A DNA stretch of 64,000 bases from Asterias rubens. Its lineage: Eukaryota. Below are positions 36,482 to 59,032 of the stretch, one piece after another (the first letter of the stretch is position 1; every line of letters starts with the position of its first letter). Made by a program: the position numbers and the translations under genes. Where the stretch lies: the NCBI RefSeq assembly GCF_902459465.1, contig NC_047080.1:1302001-1366000 (forward strand), written 5' to 3'. A model generated the notes under the pieces. It saw nothing but the letters and a program-made list of their open reading frames with translations. It was not told the origin of the DNA and did not search any database.

Positions 36482-39400
36482 ATGGCTACCGAAATGCCTA
36501 CTGAAGATGCCGAGCCACCATCAACTGAAGACAAGGATAAATCAAGTGATGAGGCGGTAGGTTCAGATGATGAGGTACCTAAGGAAAAGGTCAAGGTGTG
36601 TCCATCTCTCATCCACGACAACCGCCTCCAGAGGTCACTTCTTCAACTTGAAGATGAGGAGGAACTGAACGAGGCAGCGGTTGAGGCTCAGAGTCTCTCC
36701 CTCAACCTCATTAAGTTCATGGGAGACATGTGTGGATGGGTGCCCGATCCGAGCGTGCAACACAGACGGCAGCCGGTGGAGAAACACCCGCCAAAAGCAG
36801 GGAGGACGAAGCCGGATGGTGCTGGAGGGCTGAGTGCTTCCCGGAGGTTCCAGCGCAGCACACACGGGCAAAACCATCAGACAGCTGCTACCCAAGACTT
36901 TGAGTTTAAACATTACAGCAATATTAAGAAGTACAGCGAGCAATACCGTCGGTATCACACCTGTGGTGGCCCCTTACAGAAGCTGACACATTCCGCTTTC
37001 GGCCGGTCCAGGACTATCTACTACGCCGGGGATGCAACGGCAGATGCGGGCGTGGAAGTTGGAGGTATGGTCACCAGGACCGGCGCCTTGCAGCATCATC
37101 AGCAGCCTCCGAACCGACCTGGCCTGGGGCATGGTGCTAATGTTGCCCGTGGCTCAACCGAAGTACCGAATTCCAACAACCAACCGCCAGTCACTTACAG
37201 TGATATATCAGTAAACTCCCCGCGGTATAATTTACTAGCAGACACTGGTCAACAAAGGAAACGCCATCCTTCGATAAATTGGACACATCTCCAGAAAAAC
37301 GGAGCAGGCCACCCCGGAGGCCAGCCCTGGAATATCGGCATGAACGACCAGACACTGACCGTCTATACCTCCCGGGCCCCAGCGCTCCCATCGCCCCATC
37401 ATACCCCTGCCGCCTCCTCCTCAAGCCCGCCAAAGCCACACTTGCCTTTCTTTCCAAGCCAACAACCATTGAAACAACTCCAAACTTCAACCACGAGGAT
37501 GACACCTCCTGGTTCGAATCCCACTACTGACTTGCTGCACAGCGGATTTTCTTTGGATAAAACACTTGGGTAAGGAATTGAATTCCTCTTGCGTGTATTT
37601 CCTGCAAACTCACCGCACAAATCACCCGCCAATTATTATCCGATCATCATAATAATTATAACAAATGATACCACATCGATATTATAACACATGCTAAATC
37701 CAAACAACCAAACAAATATTAAAACAAAACACACGTGCACATGGGTATTGGATCCTGTTTCAGTAAAATAAAATAACAAGTTATTTTTCTGGTAATGTTC
37801 GAGAGACCGTCCAAAGTTTTCAACGTGTTGTCGCACAAAGACCACTTCTTTTATTAAGGACCCCCTCCCCATGCACTCCCTCCGCCAAAGTATAAAACTT
37901 ATCAACATTTTTCTTTAACACCCCACTTGAAGACGTAAATGGTTCCCCCCCCCCCACCCTCACCGTTACATACTCTTTGAAAGATAGTGAAAATTTACAC
38001 AATTTTTGACGGCTCCTAGAAAGCAAAAGTATTTTGTGCTTCGCCAATGTTGTGACACAAACAGCTCTATTTGCTCCCCGATCACTTGGCGCTATTGCCA
38101 TCCACTGCCACGGAATGCCTTATCACAATGCCCTCCAATGGCTTGACCCATCCTATGGTTCACTGCGAGTGTGGTATTGACTACCCTTCACATAATAATC
38201 ATCTTAATGCTTATATACTTTGCATCTTAAAGGATTCACAATCCATTGTTGGGGATATACGAATTAATCGCAGATCAATAATCTTGTTGAATAAACATAC
38301 GTTTTGAACTATCCACCTCGTCTAGGCCAGATCTAATCTCTACACTACCTCGATCTTAAAACTAGCTGCCAAAACTTCATTTCCAATTTTAGGGAGACAA
38401 AATTGCAAATTCCTTTGAGAAATATCTGTCGGGCTTTTGTAGTTTTTTTTTTTTTTTTTTTTTCAGGGAAGGTTGCATGATACTTTCTTTCAGAAAGGAA
38501 CCAACAAATTCAACAGTTTAGTTTAAGAAGTCTGACTGATTAAATTTATTAGGACGTGAGACTTTTGAGATGATAGCGTTCTTCAATTGAACTGTTTTAA
38601 ATTGTTTGTTTCTTTCTTAAAGAAGGGGCTATATCATGTAGCCTTCCCGAAAAAAACTCTCAAAAACTCTAACAGACTTTTCTCAAAGGGTTTGGCAAAA
38701 TGTTCTGCCGAAAATGAAACCGTTTCCTTTCTACTGTTATCATCACAACGAAAAAGCTGGTGAATGGGACGCTCGTTATTGTCCCCAAAGCCTCCCATGA
38801 TGTCGTTTCCCGCTGATGAGGTTCAAATAGTGATTAGTTAAACAATTGAATATTTTTTGCAGTGTTTGTGATTATTTTATGATAGAAAATAGACACTACT
38901 GTTAGTAAAATTATTGTTTTTTGTGTCATGCTTGTTCAGTTTCATGCATACGAGGTCTCAACCATTACGCTTGGATCGACGGGTAATATTCATGCGCCTG
39001 TTGTTTGATGGCCACTTGTGACGAACACTGGCCACACTGATTGGCTTAAAACACTCTGGTGGTGGGCTAATGGGAGCCTTGTATCTACATCACGAGGCAC
39101 ATAAGCCCCGCCCCTTCTCTCAAAGGCGGGGTTTACCAATTTGTGCACACTGGTGCTATTGTTTCACTTTCAACGCACCTTTATGTCATGTCACATTGCT
39201 ATGTAAATTTCACACACATACGGGCACGGAAGCACAAATTTCAAAACAAAAGAAGATGATCGACTCAGAATCCTTGTAAGGCCAAGTAGATGACGTCAGG
39301 ATGACGCATGGTAATAAAGAACTTTCAGATATTTTTTAGCAACATAAACCCATAGAATAGCCAAAACAAGTTGTGTGATTTTCGAATAACAAAAATGCTA

Positions 39401-41930
39401 ACAAACATTTACAGCTTTAGCGACGAGTTGGATACCAATATAAGAATACTAAAAGCTATTTGCTATTCAATGCAATGAAATATCTTACTATACAAATAGA
39501 GTAACGAAATATTTAATATGAGATTGGAAAATAGATGTAGTCGTTAGACAATTTCCATTCTTTGAATAAAAACAAGTAATACAATACAGTTTGCTGTACC
39601 AACTGTAAACATGATTAACTTCCATAACTCTCTTGCAAATCATAAAAACATAAATACCTTTTCCTGATAATATAACCCAGCTAACCTTTTCGCTTACAAT
39701 GCGTTGGTTGTCATGACTTTTCTCGCTATGGTTCACTCGTGTGTTTTGAATTCTGAACTGAGCATGTCAACAAACAATAACAACTATTGTTTGAATGTGA
39801 TGTTGCCGTGAAGATTTGTTCTTTTTTTTGCGTGTGTGCGTGATGTCTCAGTACTAATCTATACAACTTGTAAACCTTGTTTACAATAAGTTTGACCTTG
39901 TACATTCTTTGAGTATTCTGGCAGGCACAATACTGCACAGATCATATGGGGAAAGTTGACATTTTGTGTCATAATTTCCACATAAACCAAGAGTTATGAA
40001 AGTAAAAGCTGGACAAGTTTTGAGATGTGCCCCCTTTCATCATATCAAAAATTGATAAGAATTAGACAGTGCAATCTCCATAAAATATCAGATTTTATGT
40101 TTTCTTCCATTGAGCTGTGTACAAATCATGCCTGCAGGAAGTCCAGGCTCTGTGGCTTTGTAAACATGTGATGTCACAGGTCAAATCGTCTATATAACAA
40201 GTATTTCTAATACTAGACCAATCAGTCTACTCTAGACAATGCTTTATTTATTTATTTATTTATTCTTTACCCTGGGGAAACCTCTCAGTGAAACACCCGT
40301 TTTCAGAGGTGCCCAGCTTACCAAACAAAAGGACCTATGGTGTTAACTTTTATGATGTTTTAAAAATGTTTTTAAACTTGTACAAATCATGTATTCAGCC
40401 TCTTGGCTGTACTGATGATCTTTAATTTAATCAATAATTTCAAATCAAATCAAATTGTAGAACTGCAAAAATAGTTAGGCCTAATGGCCTTTCGTTTCAA
40501 CAATAAAACAGAAGGTACAATCTTAGATATGTGTATTATCACTAATAAGAAGGAAACTACAAAGCATGATTTGGAAAGACAAACTCATGGATGCCGAAAT
40601 GTGGACGGAAGCAAAGGGGATTTTGTATTTGAAGTTTCATTATTATTGAGTGGGACTCTTCTCTTCACCACATTAATTTTAGTAATCATGTTTTCAGAAC
40701 TCCCGTGACAAGCTCTTCGACTGGAATTTCACTTAAACCGGGCCCTCATCGGGACTTCTACTCACAACTCATGCACGCTGCCAACTGTCTGAGACTAGCC
40801 AACAATGTAAGTATTTAGAATTTCATATTCAAATTAATTTAGCTTTTCGACATTGAGTTGAAAATTACAAAAATTGAATAGAGTATTTGCATGTGGAATC
40901 ATGCAATGAGAGTTTTGTATTTGAAGACAAATGTTTCTTTATGCTCTTTTATGCAGTATTCATCCTCAGACTTCGAGTTTGAACTTCCACGCTGGCCAAC
41001 TTTCACCATGCACCACGACATGACCACCACTGCATCACAGCATAAAACACCCGCCAAGAAATCACCACAGTCCACGCCTCCACCCCAACAGCCAAACGTA
41101 CAAGTGCACATCAAGGGGCGTGGGGTTAGCACCCCTCAAACACACACCACCAAATCAGCCTCGCAGCTACACGCCACAAAACGCCACACAGCATCAAGTA
41201 AGACCACACCCGTCTACACCATATCGGATCCCACTTCTGCCACCAAAGAGACTCATTTCATTACCATTGAAGCCCCAACTTGTTCGCCATTTGATGTAAG
41301 GTCAGCTCCAGCACATGCTAAGAGGACCTCACCGGAAGTGAACAAAACATCCTATCGGGTCACACTCAAGGAGAAGCCAGTTGAAGTGCCTTCCTCCATG
41401 GTGGAAGACAGCTCTCCTGTGGACATGGTTGCCAACTCCAACAGGCCAATTGCGGTCTGCGAAGTGGTAAGTTACAGAATGAAATGTGCAAACATTTGTG
41501 TATGCCACATTTTTGGAAAGATTTGGTTGGAGTAAAGTTGGGAATAGCTGACAAACATGATTATTATCAAGTCCTGATGAACAGTCAAGTTGTGGTCTGC
41601 CCTCCTTGCACTTTGCAGTGGTGAATTGGAAATACTAACTGCATACAAATAATTATAAACATTTTTCAAAATGAATTGCTTTTAATTGTTTAAGTTTATC
41701 TTATACCTCATATCTATTGAAATTCAGCTTTGTTTTATTCTTGTCAATTCCCAAATAATTCTATTTAATACCTCATTGGTAACTCTAACTAACATAATGG
41801 TATTGCCAAAACACCAGATAAGTCTAAGTATTTTGTCTGTCTTTGTATTACGTTTGGTTTAAAATTATGGTTGCTATTTTAACTTCAATTTGTTTTTACT
41901 GTTTGTTTTTCTTGACAGACCTGGTACTGA
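36482..41930 (+). CDS. Unidentified ~572-aa low-complexity (Pro/Ser/Thr/His-rich) protein
   Basis: Exons 36482-37569, 40698-40806, 40957-41466 and 41919-41930 have canonical GT-AG sites and consistent phases (1,719 nt). Two long open exons show elevated GC. No domain was recognised, and the last exon is the least certain. Confidence 0.7.
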
Positions 41931-44019
41931 GGTTATTCCGTCTCCAAGCAACACAGCATTCTTGCCATTTGTCAGACTGGAATCCAATATTGCTATCCAG
42001 TGAGATAATTTATGTGTCATTTAGATAGCATTTGGGATCACTTTATTATTTTGTTTCATGAATTGTCTACATTTTAAGGTTACTTTCAACCATAACAAAA
42101 CCAAGTTTATCGTCTATAATCTTTGGGAATTGCCAAAAATTTAACAGCAAGACATGACACTGAAGTACATGTTTTCTACAAATATTTCGCAAGGAGAAAG
42201 TCTAAGAGCCCTAGCGTTTCAAAGGGCTACAAAACTCCTTGGGTTTTGGAACACTACATCCATTCCAATCACTGTGCTTACTTTTAAAAATTTACCAAAA
42301 TTTACCTTAATCAAAGTTATGTTTACCCTTCCCCAAAAACAAGATTAGATTTTTCAAAGTTGATAATTAAATGTTAATTTGTAACCACACATTGACAGTA
42401 TTTTCAGTGGCTCTTTGAAAAGTAACCAAAGCTGTACCAGATGCAACCACTCTGAATATTGAGCATGCCTCCCAAAGCCCACTTTTGTATGTTAATCCTT
42501 CAGAAAAATCCCTCTTCATGAATAATCTGGGATAATCCCAAACACTTGTACACCCTGTGGTGTCCAAAAGCATGAAACTTTCATGTTTGCAAAACTTTCC
42601 AAGTGAACTATAAAGCTGCTAATCTTTCTTTCAAAAGAATGGTTGGCCTTCGTATAAGGGCAGGGAAAGGGAGTTAGGGTGTAGAATCAGAATAAAATAT
42701 CCATTGTGCAAACTTACTTGGGAGGCTTACAAATATTCGTAGAGCTTATGCAGAGAAATTGAGGATCGTGTTATCGCAAAGTAGAAGTTGGTTTTCATAA
42801 TGTTATGACACAGATGGTGGTTCAAAATATATCTGACCTTAATATGCAATACATTTTGAAAGGCAAAAAGTCCATTATTTGACAGAAATAACTTTTGACT
42901 TATCGACAAGTTCACAAGAACAAAATCTATCTGCAATTGAGAGTTTAAGGAACGTTACAGAATTGTTAACAAGACAAATCATGAAGATCACAGATTCTTA
43001 TAAAACTTACATGGTCTAATGCTGATGATAGTAAAAAAATATCTTGAAATATTTCTTTCTGAAATGTCATATAATGATGCGAAACAAATTTTCAAACTTC
43101 GCATTTGGAGTTTATCGCTCAGAGAGCTTTTTTTTATTTTTGTTTTTGCATCAATGTCATGCAAAATGTGTAATCGGTTTTTAACTATTTTCTTGTGACC
43201 CAGATGGTCAATCGATCTCAAACTTCTACAGGTTTGTCAGTTTATGTATAAGGTGGATTACATCAAGTGCTTACACTTTCAGCAACTGTTCTGTTTGCGA
43301 AACCAATTCTGTAATGTTCCTTTAATTTTTTTATTGACTGCCTTTTCCCACAGGGAAACCATTTTATATATCTGTGTAGTCATTTGTATAATCTGAAATT
43401 GCTTTTCAGACAACTCAGAAGGAATGGCTAGTTTTGTCAAAAGTTTGTAAACAAAGTAGTTTTTGTTTGTGTAGATGATCTTTTATGTCAATGGAACTCT
43501 GTAAACTCACAGAAGGTGATTGACTTAATCAAGTGATAATATTTTGTTGCCATTTTGTTTGATTTTGAAGGTACACAGACACAATAAATATACACTTTCT
43601 TAAATATATTTCATATTTTTAGTGTTTTTAATTCTTAGACTTGTTATTTAATTCTGTTTCATGTAACACCCACATAATACAGTTCTGAAATAAATACGTT
43701 TTATTCCAGAAACAAACTTAATACAGTAGAGACATGTACAATCATGAAATACTTCTCTACATCATTAAGTATTTAAGTTTTAGTTCTGGTAATTTTGAGT
43801 GTTGTCCACAAAAAAAGGATAAAAATTCTCAGCTATTTTATTTGCATATGCTTGTTTAGCGCCCTTTATGTCAACTGTGGACATATTGCTTCTAAAGGTA
43901 ACTGCATATATGCAGAGATAAACATAAGAAAATAACATTATCCAGGGTTTTAATTCTATTGTGTAGCCAATAATTATAGAGCAAAAGACAGCGCGAGATA
44001 GGGAACTAAAGGTTGAGGT

Positions 44020-44145
44020 GAGGTATGCATTGGACGCCATTTCAGTAAGCAAGTCTTTTGATGCAACAATAGATCAGTGCAGACAACGACCGTTGCTATC
44101 AATAGTATAACAAAAGATTTGCTTACCGAAATGGCGTCCATGCAC
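44020..44145. mobile_element. Short palindromic MITE-like hairpin
   Basis: The arms are tgcattggacgccatttcagtaagcaagtctttt and aaaagatttgcttaccgaaatggcgtccatgca. Confidence 0.65.
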
Positions 44146-44499
44146 ACTTTATGTTCTTTTGATAGATAAAGCTTCAGGTCCCAAACTTGTGCCTTCTCTA
44201 TAAATCGTTGGGTTCAGCCTGTACTACTGTATGATACACAAGTTGAATTTTTCACAAATTGAATGCTACATAAATAATTATGTACCAACTTGTTTGTAGC
44301 ATCTACAATATTTTTGGATTTGTAAAAACGAACCTCATGTTAGTCACTTGAAAGTCTGGCCGCTGAAACCAAAAGCTCTGGAATATTCTTTTATATTTAC
44401 TATTAGCGTTTTTTTTATTGCCAACCCTAAAGAACATGTAGGGACAATCAGTCACTAACTGTTCATACAGACAAACCTCAAGTAAAGTTGTTGAAGTTA

Positions 44500-44700
44500 C
44501 CCTCTGTACCAAGGCCATCAGTGTTTCATATTGCCTTCTCTACCAAGGCCATTAGTGTTTCATATTAACCTCTGTACCAAGGTCATTAGTATTTCATATT
44601 TCCCTCTGTATCAAGTCCATTAGTATTTCATATTTCCCTCTGTACCAAGGCCATTAGTATTTCATATTACCCTCTGTACCAAGGCCATTAGTGTTTCATA
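44500..44700. repeat. ~33-bp tandem repeat just downstream of the ABCF1 stop codon (probable 3' UTR)
   Basis: About 6 units of ctctgtaccaaggccattagt(g/a)tttcatatt. Confidence 0.85.
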
Positions 44701-44769
44701 ATGACCTAGCTGCACTCTCATTGCAGTTCCGTGCAGTTAGAAGGTAATAACAGGAGTACCTTCCTCTTC

Positions 44770-56014
<11,245 letters not shown>

Positions 56015-57224
56015 TTTTTTCTAATAAAAGGAGGATTAAATGTTGGTAGAACGGACTCTGACACCTTGCTGCACAACTTTCTTGATAACAAAAGTAACTG
56101 TTTTCTGCTATTTAAGACAAAAACAGTATGATTTCGCAATCAAAATAATACAAAACGCAGACGATAGAACATGTGTCCTCAGAGAAATATGCAAATTCGT
56201 ACGTAGATGGGACACATCTTCCCTGGTTTGCAAATGGACTGGTTCGTCACTACAGAGTGCGGGGTACCAGCGAGAAGTTGTCATTGTGCGCTCGCCCGCC
56301 CTCTTGCGACTAAAACACCACGACTAAATTCTTGAAAAATTAATATTCTCTCCATAATCAGCATTCCTTCCCTCAATTGAGACCCTAATTAAAGCTTCGT
56401 CTTCATATAATTGAAAAACTTACAAAGTAAGGAACAAGATGAACAAAATTTCATATAAGTTAATTTATTTCATTATCATATCACTTCAACAATATAAAAA
56501 AAGTAAACAATTGTTAATGCCATTTTGGATAGTGAATTTTAATGGTCGAGAAAGGATCACTTTATGCGACAGTATGGAGGACGACAAATTGCAATTTACA
56601 TTTCTGGTATCAGAATAGCAGATTCTATGGGGTTTTTATACAAATTTTACTACTATCCTACTTTTCTGCTACTTTGCATGTACCCAAATATTTACAGGGT
56701 TAGTCAGGGCAATAATTCCTGGAAAGTTCTTGAAAAGGGGCTATATTGAATATATTTGAGTGTGGAACCATCGGCAGGCCCCCTCATCACCGGGCAAGCT
56801 CTAGCGAGTGAGAAACCTGCTCTAGACTGCGGCGCAGCGCAGAGCATCACAGTGTTGAATCCCATTCACAGACTCTGTTGAGTTTTTCGTGAGGGTTAAC
56901 AGAGCGCCGAATACATACCAAAGGCCTGGCATTTCATCTTTGAGAGGGCAAGGTCATTTTGATTTAGCAATGAGCATCCCGATAAAATATCTTACGATCT
57001 ATGGTAAACTCTGTAAGGGCAACAAGGCCAAGACCAGGGCAACAGACACCCTACCCTCTGTGCAATTTCAGGCTTGAGTATGCCTCGGTTTTTCATACAC
57101 CAGTCAGTATTAGATGATGACATCCAAAATATTGTTCAGTATCCCTGATGCAAGTAGTTCATCATTCCAAGTTGTGATGGACTTAAACATCTAAAGGCGT
57201 CTGGGGCGACGTACTTCAAAAAGT

Positions 57225-58574
57225 TTATTTTGTGGCATCAGGAATTTTTAACTTGTATCTTGATGCGTAATACTCCTCTTCAAGTTCAAATAAATTCAAT
57301 GACATTTCATCTCGTAGCTGCATGATCTTTTCATCGACTTCCGCTTGAACATTGCGAAGAAATCGTGTACGCTGAGCTATGGCTGCGTTGGCTGAAGGGA
57401 AATCATTCAAGATGAGAAATTCTTTGATGTCCGAGACGAGTTTCATGAGAGACTCACCGGCACGAACCTGAAAAAGAGTGAAACATGAAAAAGCATTTGT
57501 AAAAGACAACTCCAAATACATCTTCAAATTTTAAACAGAGTTTTAAAAACAGATTCAGGTCAGTTGAACTGTTAAAGTGTTCCATTTTAACAATCATTGG
57601 ACATAGTGCAGGCTTGATACTTCACAGAGGCAACGATTGGGATTGCCTTTGTGCTCTTGAAATGCTTCGCTCGAAATTTACAATTTCCTCATAGGGTGCC
57701 AAGGAGAAAACGCCTTGGTGCCCTTGCCGTTTTTTTAAAAAACAAAGCATATAGTGCTGTTAGTGCCAACACGAAAATTCTCACATGTAGAAATTTTCTT
57801 GTAGTTTGGCACAATGTCTTTGTCCAGCAGTTTAGAAACTTGCATCATTCAAGCCAATCCATTGATAAACTTACTATATTTGCTGCTCTGACATGCATTT
57901 CATTTTGTTCTTGCTCCCCCTGGGTCTGTCTTGCTACTTGTGTCTCCTCATCAACCTGTAAGCGAATGAAACAAGAAATGTATTGCCTTAATATCAAACA
58001 CCATTTTGTGGTCAATGAAAAAACTAAACTACTAAGCCATCTTACCATCAAAGCATTATATGGGGGAAAAACTTTTCCTTTTGGTTGATGTATTTGTGAT
58101 ATAAACCTACCAAAAGTAAGATATTAATTGAGGTAACATTGCTTTTACATTTATGTTTATGTTGGTTTACTCAGCCGGATCCATTGTACTGGCAGTTATT
58201 GTTATCAACTTTTAATTAAATATTTTTTAATTGGAAAAGTTTCCATATCCTGCTGCCAACATTTTTTAATTCGTTATGAAATAAAATACTTAGTATCTAA
58301 TTTACTCAAATGAGCTATTCCTTTTTATAAAAATTGTTGGGAAAAGTGGTGGCAGGATGCGGAAAATTTTCCACTTGATTATTTGAAGAACACCGCATCA
58401 GCATCTTATTATAAGGATCAATCACATACCATCATAACATACCTTTGCAAGTTTTAAGATTTCTGTAAAGTTATCCTGAATGGATTGAACATCTCCGCGA
58501 AGCCGTCGTGCGTACGTCTTAAGGAGATTGTCTTTACTTTGAGGTAGCGCCCTCTGAGAACCTGCTTGAGACAT
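57225..58574 (-). CDS. MED22: Mediator subunit 22 (Surfeit-5)
   Basis: Exons 58574-58443, 57955-57875 and 57467-57225 encode QRALPQSKDNLLKTYARRLRGDVQSIQDNFTEILKLAK|VDEETQVARQTQGEQEQNEMHVRAANI|VRAGESLMKLVSDIKEFLILNDFPS...ELEEEYY. An upstream non-coding exon has its donor at 58764. Confidence 0.96.
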
Positions 58575-58764
58575 GCTGATTCTGCTATTAAAAGATGAAC
58601 CTATAAAACAACAAAAGAAAAATGTATAAACAAAACAACATGCAGTAAACAGCGCCCTCACTCATCCAAATCTAGCCATGTATACAAAAACGTATCACTG
58701 TGTTTATTTTGCTCAAGGCAGCAACTTTGACAGCTTGGATGCAATTAAATATTGTCATTCATAC

Positions 58765-59032
58765 CTGCACTCAAATTTCAGCTGGCTGTTCATGTCCCGT
58801 TGATGGAAAATTGAAATAAATGCACAAAAAAACCCGATAATGGCAGACTGAAACATTCACGATGACAAGTCCATAGCAAACACGCTGAGCGGTTTTTTAG
58901 TCTGGCCCCGAAGTACATTTGCTTCCCTCTTTCGGTAAACGAAGTCAGACACATGACTCTCGGTTGCTTATTAATCAATTTTCGAACTCTCGTGATTTCA
59001 CACGAGATCGTCCTCTTTCCGTGGCAGCCAAA
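58765..59032. promoter_or_regulatory. Shared bidirectional promoter and 5' leaders of MED22 and RPL7A, with a 5'-TOP/TCT initiator
   Basis: The pyrimidine tract tcctctttcc (59011-59020) lies just before the RPL7A ATG (59033). The inverted repeat TCTCGTG-atttca-CACGAGA is at 58988-59007, and the MED22 first-exon donor is at 58764. Confidence 0.7.

Noticed and set aside
38800-38830. Hammerhead ribozyme core (CTGATGAG), also at ~41574
   Set aside because: There is no stem II followed by GAAA and no flanking helices.
41919-42008. Selenocysteine readthrough of the TGA ending the orphan gene, or the alternative frame PGTEVIPSPSNTAFLPFVRLESNIAIQ*
   Set aside because: No SECIS or redox motif is recognisable. 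The alternative frame needs a phase-2 donor, but the strong donor at 41467 is phase 0.
42940-43170. LINE C-terminal remnant (YNDAKQIFKLRIWSL)
   Set aside because: It is too short and degraded to support a call without a profile search.
57110-57150. C/D snoRNA (ATGATGA...CTGA)
   Set aside because: The boxes are only ~30 nt apart, there is no terminal stem or rRNA complement, and the site is antisense to the MED22 3' region.
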